A stretch of 64,000 nt of DNA from assembly GCA_047150005.1 (NCBI GenBank), contig AP038806.1:1337176-1401175 (forward strand), in the 5' to 3' direction. Position numbers and translations under genes: made by a program. The notes below the pieces were generated by a model, which had not been told where the DNA came from, did not search any database, and saw nothing but the letters and a program-made list of their open reading frames with translations. Shown in pieces: positions 48,565 through 58,058 of the stretch. The stretch comes from Nitrospira sp. Lineage in GTDB: Bacteria; Nitrospirota; Nitrospiria; Nitrospirales; Nitrospiraceae. How positions within the stretch are numbered: position 1 is the stretch's first letter; each line of letters opens with the position of its first letter.

Positions 48565-50033
48565 CTTTCTGGCTCCAGCCTGATTTCCTTGACCTCCCCG
48601 AATCCGGACAACATCTTCGGCAAGGCGCCGCCCGGCCCGACGGCCACGATCGTCAGCCGGTCGGGATGAAGATGTTTCCGCGCCGCAGCGAGCAGTTCCT
48701 CCCGCTTGAGCGCGACGACACGGGCACGCAGTTGCTGTAAAAAGTCCTTCGGCAGCCCGTCGTATTCCAGTTCGATCAACCGATTGACGACGGCGGCGGC
48801 ATTCGGAAACGAAAAGACGAAGGAGTTCACATACGCTTCCTTCGCCTCCGCCAGTTCCTCTTCCGACACCACATCGGTACGGATGCGCTCGAGGTTGGCC
48901 ACGAACCGGGTGATCACTTCCTGTGTGGACGGCAGCTTCGTTTCGGCCCGCATCAGCCAGACTCCCTGATCGTGCACCCCTGGAGTGAGGCGGCTCCCGA
49001 CTGAATAGGCCAGTCCCCGCTTGGTCCGGACATCGTTGAACAGGCGGCTCCGGAACGAGCTGCCTCCGAGAATGTCGTTGGCCAGCGCCAGCGCCGCATA
49101 GTCCGGATCGGTCTCCTTGATGGACAAATGGCCGACCCGCAGGTGCGTCTGCGAGGTTTCCTTGCCGACGAACCGGATCGCCGGCGCCGAGGCCGCCGAC
49201 TCCCGGACATCGGGAATCTTCAGCTCCGGTACCTCCCCCTTCTTCCAGTCGCCGAAGGCCGCCCGCAGCATCGCCAACATTTCATCCTTGCGGAAGTCGC
49301 CCGTCACCCCCAGGATCATGCCGTTCGGATACACGGTCTTCCCGTGAAAGGCCACGAGGTCGGTGCGCGTGATCCGCCGGATGGACTCGACCGTGCTCTC
49401 CCTGGCGCTCGGATGGTCGGGACCGTAGAGCTGTTTGAGGAATTCGCGGCTGACGATGGAACCGGGATTGTCCTGTCGGCGCCGGATGCTCTCGATCGCT
49501 TGGAGCTTGGCGAGCTCCAGCCGGGCCGGTTCGAAGGAGGGGGAACGGAGCAGTCCGGCGAAGATATCGAGACCTCGCTTGAAATCCTTGCTCAAGACAT
49601 CGAGCGAGGCGGAACCGGACAGCCGCCCGATCGCGATGCCGACATCGCCCGCGAATTGCTCAAGTTCCTGATCCACCTGTTCGGCCGAGCGCGTGCCGCC
49701 GCCGCCTGTGCGCATGACCGTACCGGTGATCGCGGCCAGACCGACTTTCTCCGCCGGGTCAAGCCAGGCTCCCGTGCGCAGGGTCGCGGACAGGGTGATC
49801 AAAGGCAGTTCGTGGTCCTCAAGAAGATAGACCACCATCCCGTTCTCGAGCATCACCCGGTCGGGATCGGGCGGAGTGAATTCGACCGGCTCGAACTTCA
49901 TTGACCTGGGATCAGTCGTCGTCGCGTCGCCGCCCGCGGCGACCATCAATGGAAACAGCAATGCGAAGCCGGCCACACCCGCTGCCAGGCCGGTTCGCCG
50001 AATAGTCGATCGCACACGGTTCACGAAATTCAT
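48561..50033 (-). CDS. M16 (pitrilysin) family protein, non-catalytic subunit
   Basis: M16 fold lacking HXXEH, with SRLFNDVRTKRGLAYSV (R-Y pair). Confidence 0.9.
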   Translation of the reverse strand: MNFVNRVRSTIRRTGLAAGVAGFALLFPLMVAAGGDATTTDPRSMKFEPVEFTPPDPDRVMLENGMVVYLLEDHELPLITLSATLRTGAWLDPAEKVGLAAITGTVMRTGGGGTRSAEQVDQELEQFAGDVGIAIGRLSGSASLDVLSKDFKRGLDIFAGLLRSPSFEPARLELAKLQAIESIRRRQDNPGSIVSREFLKQLYGPDHPSARESTVESIRRITRTDLVAFHGKTVYPNGMILGVTGDFRKDEMLAMLRAAFGDWKKGEVPELKIPDVRESAASAPAIRFVGKETSQTHLRVGHLSIKETDPDYAALALANDILGGSSFRSRLFNDVRTKRGLAYSVGSRLTPGVHDQGVWLMRAETKLPSTQEVITRFVANLERIRTDVVSEEELAEAKEAYVNSFVFSFPNAAAVVNRLIELEYDGLPKDFLQQLRARVVALKREELLAAARKHLHPDRLTIVAVGPGGALPKMLSGFGEVKEIRLEPES

Positions 50034-51670
50034 CGAGTCACCTCACCGGCCGACGCCGCGGCCGCCTGTTTCACCGCGACTTTTTTGACCAACGTCGCCA
50101 CGGTTCGGTTCGATTTGGTGAAATATTCCGAGGCCACGCGTAGAATGTCCGCCGGCGTGACCGCTGCAATCTTGTCCCGCGCGTTGAGTATGTAGCGCCA
50201 GTCCCCCGCCACGGTCTGATAGAGGGCGAGCTGGGAAGCAAGCCCGCTGTTGGAACGTAAGGCGCGAACCATATCCGCATCCAGATTGTTGAGCACTTTC
50301 TCCAACTCCTTTGCAGTGACCGGCTCGCTCTTGAGCCGCTCCAATTCGGCCAGAATCGCGGATTCGACCTCCGCCGCCGTATGAGGCGCCAGCGGGGTCG
50401 CCTGCAGCACGAACAGATTGGGGGCACGCACGCCCGGATAGTTGGCGTCCGAGTTGACCGAGGAGGCGAGCCTGCCGCCCAGCACTAGCTTGGTATACAA
50501 ACGCGACGTCAATCCGTCCGTCAGGATCTCGTCGATCACGTCGAACACATAATCGTCCGGATGTCCGAGGCCTGGTTTGTGGAAGCCGATGGCCAGGGAA
50601 GGCTCCGCGTCGAACTCGACTTCAACCCGGCGCTCGCCGCGCTGCGGAGGCTCGACCGTCACGATCTGCGGCGGGGGCGGCGCGGCCGGAATTTTTCCGA
50701 ACGTGTTCTCGATCAAGGTGATCACGTCCTTCGGGGTGATGTCTCCCACGATGCCGATCGTGGCGCGTCCCGGTCCGTAGTACGTCTTGAAGAACGCCTC
50801 CGTGGTGGCCGGCGTCAAGGACAGAATGTCCGATTCCCATCCGATCGTCGGAACTCCGTAGGGATGGGCGCGGAACGCGGCCGAGGTAAAGGTTTCAAAG
50901 AGCAGCCCGCTCGGGCTGTCGTCATTGCGCAACCGCCGCTCTTCCATGACCACACCCCGCTCCTTGTAAAACTCCCGAAGGACCGGGTTGGCCATGCGAT
51001 CGGCCTCGATCGCCGCCCACAGCGGTAACCGGTTGGATGGCAGATTGATCATATAGCGGGTCAAATCCTTCCCCGTCGCCGCGTTCAGTCCCACTCCGCC
51101 GTGACGCTGATAGAGCAGGGCCATTTCGTTGCCGGACACGTACTGCGCGGCCTGTTCCTGCAGCTCCTTCGCGCGCTGCTGCAGGCCGGCGATGGCGGCT
51201 TGCTCGTCCGGATCCGCTGGCCGCTCCTGAGATCGCCGGGCCGCCTCGCGCTGCCGTTGTTCGAGCTCCGTGCCGGCCCGCGACAACTCCTCCAGGAGCG
51301 GCTTCTCTTTGGCATAGTCCTTGGTCCCGATCGTCCTGGTCCCCTTGAACGCCATGTGCTCGTACAGATGTGCCAGCCCGGTCTGCCCGACCTGTTCGTT
51401 GACTCCCCCGACCGCGAAGGTCATGTTGATCGAGACGATGGGCGTTTGATGCCGCTCGACCATGAGCACCGTCAGGCCATTGGCCAATTTGTGCTCGATC
51501 ACCCGCTCGGCCAAGCCGGGCGCAGCTGCAAAAAGAGGGTTGAGGTTCAGGCTCAAGGTGAGGAGCATGGCAAGAACCAAGGCCGTGAAGCGCGAGGCGT
51601 GAAGGCTATCTCGCGAACGGCAACCAACGAACGACGAAATACGAGATACGAGCGACGTTTCTCTGTTCAT
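50030..51670 (-). CDS. M16 (pitrilysin) family zinc peptidase, catalytic subunit
   Basis: GLAHLYEHMAFKGT (HXXEH) and ERGVVMEERR. ATGA coupling to the gph stop. Confidence 0.93.
   Translation of the reverse strand: MNRETSLVSRISSFVGCRSRDSLHASRFTALVLAMLLTLSLNLNPLFAAAPGLAERVIEHKLANGLTVLMVERHQTPIVSINMTFAVGGVNEQVGQTGLAHLYEHMAFKGTRTIGTKDYAKEKPLLEELSRAGTELEQRQREAARRSQERPADPDEQAAIAGLQQRAKELQEQAAQYVSGNEMALLYQRHGGVGLNAATGKDLTRYMINLPSNRLPLWAAIEADRMANPVLREFYKERGVVMEERRLRNDDSPSGLLFETFTSAAFRAHPYGVPTIGWESDILSLTPATTEAFFKTYYGPGRATIGIVGDITPKDVITLIENTFGKIPAAPPPPQIVTVEPPQRGERRVEVEFDAEPSLAIGFHKPGLGHPDDYVFDVIDEILTDGLTSRLYTKLVLGGRLASSVNSDANYPGVRAPNLFVLQATPLAPHTAAEVESAILAELERLKSEPVTAKELEKVLNNLDADMVRALRSNSGLASQLALYQTVAGDWRYILNARDKIAAVTPADILRVASEYFTKSNRTVATLVKKVAVKQAAAASAGEVTR
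51584..51657. repeat. Heptamer-built inverted-repeat element (copy D, inside the coding sequence)
   Basis: Left arm CGTGAAG CGCGAGG CGTGAAG GCTATCT; right arm AACGACG AAATACG AGATACG AGCGACG. Confidence 0.65.
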
Positions 51671-52314
51671 TCGAATATCTCCATCAATTGTTCCGGTCGT
51701 TCAATGAACCAGTCGGGGCGGCAGGCGGTCATGCGCTCACGGTTTCCCATGCCGTAGCCGACCGCGCAGACGCGGATTCCGGCATTGTGGCCGCCGTTGA
51801 TGTCGTTGGTGCTGTCTCCCACCAACACGGTCCGGTCCGGCACGGCCTGCAGGCGTTCCATGATGTGCAACAACATGCCCGGTTCCGGTTTGAGGCCGAA
51901 CCCGTTGTCGCCGCCGACGACGAACTGAAAGTGCTGCGCGCCCAGGCCCTGCAGGATCACGTTGGTGAATTCGATGGACTTATTGGTGGCCACCGCCTTG
52001 CTGGTGCGACCAAAATGCTGCAACGCCGGCTCGATGCCCGGGTAAAAGCGCGTGCGATCGAGGCAATGCGCCAGGTAATGCCCTCGGAAGACCCGCAGAG
52101 CCTCGTCGAAACGGTCCGGGTTGCTCTCTCCCACCGCTTGTCTGAGCAACTTCTTCACTCCATCTCCGACGAAACCGAAAATCTCCTCGAGCGGACGCTC
52201 CGGCAGCCCCAGCTCGGCCAGCGTCAAATTCACGGAGGCGGCGATGTCCCATTTCGATTCGATCAGCGTGCCGTCCAGATCGAATATCAGTAAGTCGACC
52301 GGCGTTTTTCCCAT
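51667..52314 (-). CDS. gph: Phosphoglycolate phosphatase-like HAD hydrolase
   Basis: IFDLDGTL, VATNK, KPEP and LVGDSTNDI. Confidence 0.85.
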   Translation of the reverse strand: MGKTPVDLLIFDLDGTLIESKWDIAASVNLTLAELGLPERPLEEIFGFVGDGVKKLLRQAVGESNPDRFDEALRVFRGHYLAHCLDRTRFYPGIEPALQHFGRTSKAVATNKSIEFTNVILQGLGAQHFQFVVGGDNGFGLKPEPGMLLHIMERLQAVPDRTVLVGDSTNDINGGHNAGIRVCAVGYGMGNRERMTACRPDWFIERPEQLMEIFE

Positions 52315-52871
52315 TACTTCACCTTCCGCAATTCATCCTCCAACCCGGCGAGCCGGTCCCGCTTGTCCGGCTCGCTTTCCTTCACCCAAGCCTCGCGCAC
52401 GTAATTGAGCATCCGCTTCTGGCCGACATGCGGGGGCAGCACGGGCTCGATGATTCTCCAGCGATTCTTGACCGATTTGACTCGGACACGGATTTCCTCC
52501 GTTCCCGCCTCGGGAACGAATCCGGCGGTTTCAAGATAGACGGATCCAATGATTTGAAATGCTACCGGCACCACCACTTCCAGGCGATCGACGATATCCC
52601 ACTGAGTGTAGTGCTCCGCCACGGTAAAGCCGCGGATGACCACGATGCGCCCCCAGGTCGGCTCGTCCCGCCAGTCGGTATACGGCGCGACTGCTTCGAA
52701 CGACAGGGAGTCCAGGCGCGCGCCCTTTTGATCGAGCAGGAAATACTTTTTCACGATCTCGGCGGGCGAATGCTCGAGGCCCCCGGTCTGTCCGGCTGCC
52801 GCGCCGCTGAACAACAGCAGTCCAAGCAGACTCAGGAAGGCCGGCACCGACCGAGATGGCCGACGTCTCAT
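52314..52871 (-). CDS. Exported hypothetical protein
   Basis: Signal peptide MRRRPSRSVPAFLSLLGLLLFSGAAA. ATGA overlap with the pyk stop supports a start at 52871. Confidence 0.75.
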   Translation of the reverse strand: MRRRPSRSVPAFLSLLGLLLFSGAAAGQTGGLEHSPAEIVKKYFLLDQKGARLDSLSFEAVAPYTDWRDEPTWGRIVVIRGFTVAEHYTQWDIVDRLEVVVPVAFQIIGSVYLETAGFVPEAGTEEIRVRVKSVKNRWRIIEPVLPPHVGQKRMLNYVREAWVKESEPDKRDRLAGLEDELRKVK

Positions 52872-54352
52872 GGGACCTCGTGCAACTTCATGAGATTCGT
52901 TCCTCCCGGCTGTCCGATCCGTGTCCCGGACAAGATGACGATCCGTTCGCCCGGTTTCACGAACCCCTCCGCCTTCAAGCGGCGTTCCGCTTCGTGGACT
53001 CGTTCGTCCGTTTGCGCGATCTGGTGCATGCAATGCGGAATCACGCCCCAATAAAGCGCCATCCGCTGACGAACGGGCTCGAACGGGGTGAACGCGACGA
53101 TCGGGGCCGCAGGGCGTTGCTTGGAGATCAACCGCGCCGTCGCGCCCAACTCGCTGAATGCCACGATCGCGCTGGCCGTGATGGCCCAGGCGGCCGTGGA
53201 TGCCGCGGTGCAGATCGCCTCCGAACAGGACCGCGCGTTGCCGTCGGCGTCACGCCGGCGCACGGCCGACGGCTCAATCCCTTCCTCCGCAGCCCGGATG
53301 ATCCGATCCATGACCCGAACCGTTTCGACCGGATAGCGTCCGATGGCGGTTTCCGCCGACAACATCACGGCATCGGTGCCGTCGAACACCGCATTGGCGA
53401 CATCGGAGGCTTCGGCTCTGGTCGGACTGGCACGCTGGGTCATGGATTCCAACATCTGGGTCGCCGTAATGACCAGCCGGCGACGGCGGTTGGCCTCGGC
53501 GATAATGCGCTTCTGTAGGACCGGCACGGCTTCGGCCCCCATCTCGACGCCCAGATCGCCGCGCGCGATCATGACGCCGTCCGCGGCGTCCAGAATGGCG
53601 GGCAAGGCGTTCACGGCTTCGACGCGTTCGATCTTGGCGATGATCGGCACGTCCCGCCCGCAGGCGGCGACCAACTGCTTCGCGGCCTTGACGTCCTCCG
53701 GTCCGCGGACGAACGACAGCGCAATATAGTCCACGCCCGCCGCGACTCCGAACCGGATGTCCTCGCAATCCTTCTCCGTCAGCGTGGGCGCACTGACGGT
53801 CGTTCCTGGCAGATTGATGCCTTTGTGCGAGAGGATGCGCCCGCCGGTGACAACCAAGCACTCGACGACACCGCCGGCAATTCGAGTGACCGTCAGCTCG
53901 ATCAGGCCGTCGTCGATGAGAATACGCCCCCCCGGCCTGACGTCGCGAGCCAAGTGCTGGTAGGTCACGGGAATGTCGATCTGCCCGTCGGACATCCCCC
54001 CGGGCGCGGCACCGATCTGAGCGCCCTGAGCGCCCGACTGCGCCAGTTGACCGCCCGACCGGGCCAGCGCCGTCCGCAGTCGCACTGATTGCCCGGGTGC
54101 GACCTCCAGACCCTTTTCGCTCACCTCGTCCACCCTGATGCGCGGTCCTTGAACGTCTTGAATGATGGCGACCGCGACCTTGCGGCCGGCGGCGGCTTCG
54201 CGAACGGCCTGAATGGCGCGGCCGTGCGAGGCGTGCGTGCCGTGGGAGAAATTCAGTCTGGCGGCGTCCATTCCATGCTCGATGAGACGACCCAGCATGT
54301 CCAGCGACTCACTGGCCGGACCGATCGTGCAGACGATCTTGGCTTTTCTCAT
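52868..54352 (-). CDS. pyk: Pyruvate kinase
   Basis: KAKIVCTIGPAS, ARLNFSHG, IIAKIE, MIARGDLGVE, ITATQMLESM and DAVMLSAETA. Confidence 0.97.
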   Translation of the reverse strand: MRKAKIVCTIGPASESLDMLGRLIEHGMDAARLNFSHGTHASHGRAIQAVREAAAGRKVAVAIIQDVQGPRIRVDEVSEKGLEVAPGQSVRLRTALARSGGQLAQSGAQGAQIGAAPGGMSDGQIDIPVTYQHLARDVRPGGRILIDDGLIELTVTRIAGGVVECLVVTGGRILSHKGINLPGTTVSAPTLTEKDCEDIRFGVAAGVDYIALSFVRGPEDVKAAKQLVAACGRDVPIIAKIERVEAVNALPAILDAADGVMIARGDLGVEMGAEAVPVLQKRIIAEANRRRRLVITATQMLESMTQRASPTRAEASDVANAVFDGTDAVMLSAETAIGRYPVETVRVMDRIIRAAEEGIEPSAVRRRDADGNARSCSEAICTAASTAAWAITASAIVAFSELGATARLISKQRPAAPIVAFTPFEPVRQRMALYWGVIPHCMHQIAQTDERVHEAERRLKAEGFVKPGERIVILSGTRIGQPGGTNLMKLHEVP

Positions 54353-54368
54353 GCGACGCCCTTCGTGC

Positions 54369-54397
54369 TTGACAAGACAGTAACCGCCACCCAATAT
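54369..54397 (+). promoter_or_regulatory. sigma70-type promoter candidate toward the phosphatase/PFK locus
   Basis: TTGACA-N17-CAATAT in the pyk/pfk divergent region. Confidence 0.4.
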
Positions 54398-54539
54398 TCA
54401 TTGCGGGCCAGCGCCGCAGGCATCCGGAAGGCAGCTGGACGGAGAAAGGTCTCTCTCGCGTTAATGACGGGTCATTCTAACAAACGAGAATTCCACCCGC
54501 AAAGATTCTTCCAGCCTGAGGCGCGTACCGGGAGGTCCC

Positions 54540-55697
54540 ATGGAGCACCCAACCCGACGACTTGATTTCGTGACGATCGGCGGGCTGGTGGCCTACGGAG
54601 AACTCCTGGCGCAGCGGCAAGCCCACGAGGATCTGCTCCTGCCCTCTCCGCCTCCGACCACGAACGATCGACGCCGGGCGGCAGAGGGAGCCCTCGATGC
54701 CGTCCGGTCGTTCGTTGAACGCGCCAAGGCCGGATTCGAAGACGCCGCCGCCTATCGGGCCGCGCGACGGGCGCTCCTCGAAGACCATTGCGCGGGGGAT
54801 CCGCTGGTATTTTTCGCCGCCTGGAACACATGTCTGGCATCGGGGGAATTGCAGCCGCTGTTGCACGCGCCGATCCGAACGGTGTCCAAACCGATGCATC
54901 GCCGCCCCGTGGCCATTGTCCCCCGGGCCGATCTCACACCCCAATTGGCCGAAGGCCGGATCGTCCTGGACCTGGGCGACGATCGATTCTGGCTGTTACC
55001 CCGCGATCTCACGGGCCGGACCCGGCTGTTCACGATGCGCCACGGTGTCTCCAGGGGCGAGAGCAAGACTCACCGTGTCGGCTGCCGCCTGATGAATCGA
55101 CTCGACCCCGAACGGGGATTTTCCCGCGCGGACTCGGTCGGGGCCGCACTGGCCCGCATGGTCGGCGTGGTAGCCCAGCAGCTCGATTTTCTCCATCTCT
55201 CCAACTATCTCAACCCGCACGCCTTTCTGCACTTCATCAGCCGCAGTCCCAACACGAAACAACTCTTCTATCGGGTGGTCGAGGCCCTCGTGCCGGACGC
55301 GGGATCAAGACCGGAGCCGGCGCTCGAGCCGGCATTGGAGTCATCGGATTTCGGGTGGGTCACCGGGATGGAGAAAACGTTGGAGGCCGAGGAAGCGGCC
55401 CGGGTATTCGGCGTCGACGTGAAGAGCGCCAAGTCTCTGCTCAAGGATCCCCTCTATTGCTACCCGGGCGGCAACTCGTTCTTCGACCTGTACGTAGACG
55501 TGATCGACGGTCTCCATGGCGTCGGGCGCGCGCACCCGGGCAAGGTCGCCTGCCTGTATACGCACAGCTCGACGCTCCGTGCGCTGATGATCTATTTGGA
55601 TGCCCGGCCGTTCCACGAAGCCTTTACGGAGTTCAGTGACTATAAAGAGAGCCAGGACAACGTTGTGCTCCTGACGTTCGAGCATGGACGGTTGTAG
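54540..55697 (+). CDS. Histidine-phosphatase (PGM-like) domain protein; N-terminal half of an apparently interrupted phosphatase-PFK frame
   Basis: MRHG, LESSDFGWVTG, YPGGNSF and LYTHSSTLRAL motifs. It ends at a TAG that is in frame with the downstream PFK ORF. Confidence 0.8.
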   Translation: MEHPTRRLDFVTIGGLVAYGELLAQRQAHEDLLLPSPPPTTNDRRRAAEGALDAVRSFVERAKAGFEDAAAYRAARRALLEDHCAGDPLVFFAAWNTCLASGELQPLLHAPIRTVSKPMHRRPVAIVPRADLTPQLAEGRIVLDLGDDRFWLLPRDLTGRTRLFTMRHGVSRGESKTHRVGCRLMNRLDPERGFSRADSVGAALARMVGVVAQQLDFLHLSNYLNPHAFLHFISRSPNTKQLFYRVVEALVPDAGSRPEPALEPALESSDFGWVTGMEKTLEAEEAARVFGVDVKSAKSLLKDPLYCYPGGNSFFDLYVDVIDGLHGVGRAHPGKVACLYTHSSTLRALMIYLDARPFHEAFTEFSDYKESQDNVVLLTFEHGRL

Positions 55698-55760
55698 GGT
55701 TACTCTACGGCGGTCGGCCTCTCCGAGCGGGAGCGGATCGCGCGGGAGGCCTGGCAAACG

Positions 55761-56858
55761 GTGGAGCGTGAGCGCAGGGATCGCGTCACCCTCAAGCCGC
55801 GGCAGGTGAAGCGGCTCATAGCCCTCGTTTCGGGAGGAGACTTTGCTGGCGCCGGCGCCGCGCTCAAGGAGTTGCGCGTGACCGGCAACCGGTTCGGACT
55901 GGAGGTGCGTTTTGTCCGTCACGGGTTTCTCGGTCTCGCGAACAATTGGATCGAAGCCGTCACCGAACACGACACGCGGGGGATGAGCAGCCTGGCGAGC
56001 AGTCCCATCGGTAGCAGCCGGTTCGAAGATTTCAAAGACGAGCGGGTCCAACAGGCGGCGATGCGACACCTCACCCCCTATGCAAACGACAGCGTCGTCG
56101 TCGTGCTGGGAGGCGACGGCAGCCTGCGAGGCGCGCGGGCCATCTACGAAAACTTCGGCGTGCAGGTTATCGGACTTCCTGGCACCATCGACAACAACAT
56201 CGACGGCACGACCTCGCTCGGATTTCATTCGGCCGTGGCGCTCGCCAACCAGTCGATCGAGTCGCTCAAGGCCACGAGTTCGGCCATGGGCAGCATTTTC
56301 TTCGTCGAAGTCATGGGCGCCGGGTCAGGACACTTGGCCCTGGCGTGCGCCTATCAGGCGCGCGCAGAGGGTCTGTTGGTCAACGAGCATCCGGATCCGG
56401 ACGCCTACATCGACGAGATCATCCTCGGAACGCTGAAGCGCACGCTGGGCGTTCCCAATAAGAGTCATCTGTTCGTGGTGGCGGAGCGCACTCCTCACCG
56501 CCATCACCGGGAAGGCGGCGTGCACGGTCTGGTCGACCACATCGCCGACACGATCGCGCACTGGCCGCAGCGCCAGGTGAAAGCCGATCAGTATCCGCTG
56601 ACGCTGGCCACCAAGGCCACCATTCTCGGCCACACGCTCAGAGGCGCGCCGCCCACACCTGAAGACAAGACCATCGCGCAGCACCTGGCATACGAAACGG
56701 TCCGACGGGTGGTGGAGGCGCCCGACACGATCGTGGGCTGCATGGTCGCTTATCGCGATCAGGCGACCATCGACACCATTCCACTCCACGCCGTATCACC
56801 CAAACCGTTCAATTGGGCGCTCTTCGCCCGGATGCACGGAAGCGAAGCGACGGACTGA
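55761..56858 (+). CDS. 6-phosphofructokinase (PfkA-family) domain, divergent
   Basis: SGGD, GSSRF, GGDGS, PGTIDNN, VEVMG and LGHTLRG motifs. The frame is open back to the TAG at 55695-55697, with a possible GTG restart after a GGGAGG SD. Confidence 0.85.
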   Translation: MERERRDRVTLKPRQVKRLIALVSGGDFAGAGAALKELRVTGNRFGLEVRFVRHGFLGLANNWIEAVTEHDTRGMSSLASSPIGSSRFEDFKDERVQQAAMRHLTPYANDSVVVVLGGDGSLRGARAIYENFGVQVIGLPGTIDNNIDGTTSLGFHSAVALANQSIESLKATSSAMGSIFFVEVMGAGSGHLALACAYQARAEGLLVNEHPDPDAYIDEIILGTLKRTLGVPNKSHLFVVAERTPHRHHREGGVHGLVDHIADTIAHWPQRQVKADQYPLTLATKATILGHTLRGAPPTPEDKTIAQHLAYETVRRVVEAPDTIVGCMVAYRDQATIDTIPLHAVSPKPFNWALFARMHGSEATD

Positions 56859-56935
56859 CCATACGCGCTCCCGCGCTTCGTTGACCTCGATTCGGAACGC
56901 ATGATAGCGTCTGGCCTCTATCGGGACATCCGGCG

Positions 56936-57391
56936 ATGATGCGCCCACCCACACGAGGCATCTGGTCGGGATTGATCGGTCTCGCGCTGCTGCTCAGCGC
57001 GACGGTCGGAACGACCGGCACGGTCGATCCGCAGATCGAGCCGCCGGGGCGTGCTTCTTCCAAGCTTCAGACACTCCCAAGCAACGGTCTGCCCTCGGAA
57101 ACGGACGAGGCGGCCTCGGCACTCAGTCAGAAGACCGAGATTCCTCAAAAGGCGAAGGACCTCCTCCAGACGATTCGGGAGCGTCAGGGCGCCCCGCCTC
57201 CCGGCTACGTGGGAGGACGTGCGTTTCACAACCGCGAACGCCGGCTCCCTCGGGGTCTGTACCGAGAGTATGATGTCAACCCCAAGCTACGAGGCCGGCC
57301 GCGCGACGCGGAACGGATCGTGATCGAGCAGAAGACCGGCCTGGCTTACTACACGGCCGACCATTATCGAACGTTCGTTCCTTTCAGGTAA
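56936..57391 (+). CDS. Secreted guanyl-specific ribonuclease (barnase / RNase Sa-like)
   Basis: Signal peptide, YVGGRAFHNRERRLP, YREYD (catalytic Glu), ERIV and YYTADHY (catalytic His). Confidence 0.92.
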   Translation: MMRPPTRGIWSGLIGLALLLSATVGTTGTVDPQIEPPGRASSKLQTLPSNGLPSETDEAASALSQKTEIPQKAKDLLQTIRERQGAPPPGYVGGRAFHNRERRLPRGLYREYDVNPKLRGRPRDAERIVIEQKTGLAYYTADHYRTFVPFR

Positions 57392-57396
57392 GGCCC

Positions 57397-57942
57397 ATGC
57401 CGCACCAGACGTCCCTCGGCTCCGTCATCCAGTCGATCAAGGCACCCTGGGTCATGCTGCTTGTGCTCAATCCGGGAGATCACGTCGAGAGAATCTTTCA
57501 CGTCCCGGACGGGTTCAGTCTGCATGTGCTCCGCGGAGCTAAGTGCCGCACGGGCGCCGGGTTGTTCCAGGAATTCGCCCGCGCGTTGAAGTTTCCCGAC
57601 TATTTCGGACACAACTGGGATGCCTTGGAAGAGTGCCTCGCGGATCTGGAATGGTTGCCCGCCAAAGGCTACGTGCTGGCCGTCACGGAAGCGGAGCAGG
57701 TGCTCACGCAGGAGGAAGAAGATTACAGCACGTTTCTCGAGGTGCTGAGCGACGCGGGTGAAGCCTGGGCGACCGGCCAGGCCGGTTCCGGATCCAGGCG
57801 GCCCTTTCACGTGATCCTGACCGTGTCCGAACCGCAGCGACTCAAACGAGCGCACTGGTCGATCCCGAAGGTGGACCTTGGTGCGGACGTGCGGCGACTC
57901 CGGCCCAAGACATCGCGAAGGCGCCCTTCAGCCGGAACCTGA
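57397..57942 (+). CDS. Barstar-family ribonuclease inhibitor
   Basis: ALKFPDYFGHNWDALEECLADLEWL barstar signature, 5 bp after the RNase gene. Confidence 0.92.
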   Translation: MPHQTSLGSVIQSIKAPWVMLLVLNPGDHVERIFHVPDGFSLHVLRGAKCRTGAGLFQEFARALKFPDYFGHNWDALEECLADLEWLPAKGYVLAVTEAEQVLTQEEEDYSTFLEVLSDAGEAWATGQAGSGSRRPFHVILTVSEPQRLKRAHWSIPKVDLGADVRRLRPKTSRRRPSAGT

Positions 57943-58058
57943 ATCCGTACCGCCATCGGCAGGACACGCGGCACCGTAAGGTCCGCGTAAGGTCAGATCG
58001 ACTGGAGGGGACAGCTGGGGTAAAAGAGTACGCTTGATGGGGCAGACGTTCCGGTCAT

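Noticed and set aside
55695-55697. Genetic-code reassignment or pyrrolysine decoding of TAG
   Set aside because: No pyl genes are seen, and TAG terminates other clear genes here (der, the anti-sigma gene, the S1/P1 nuclease).
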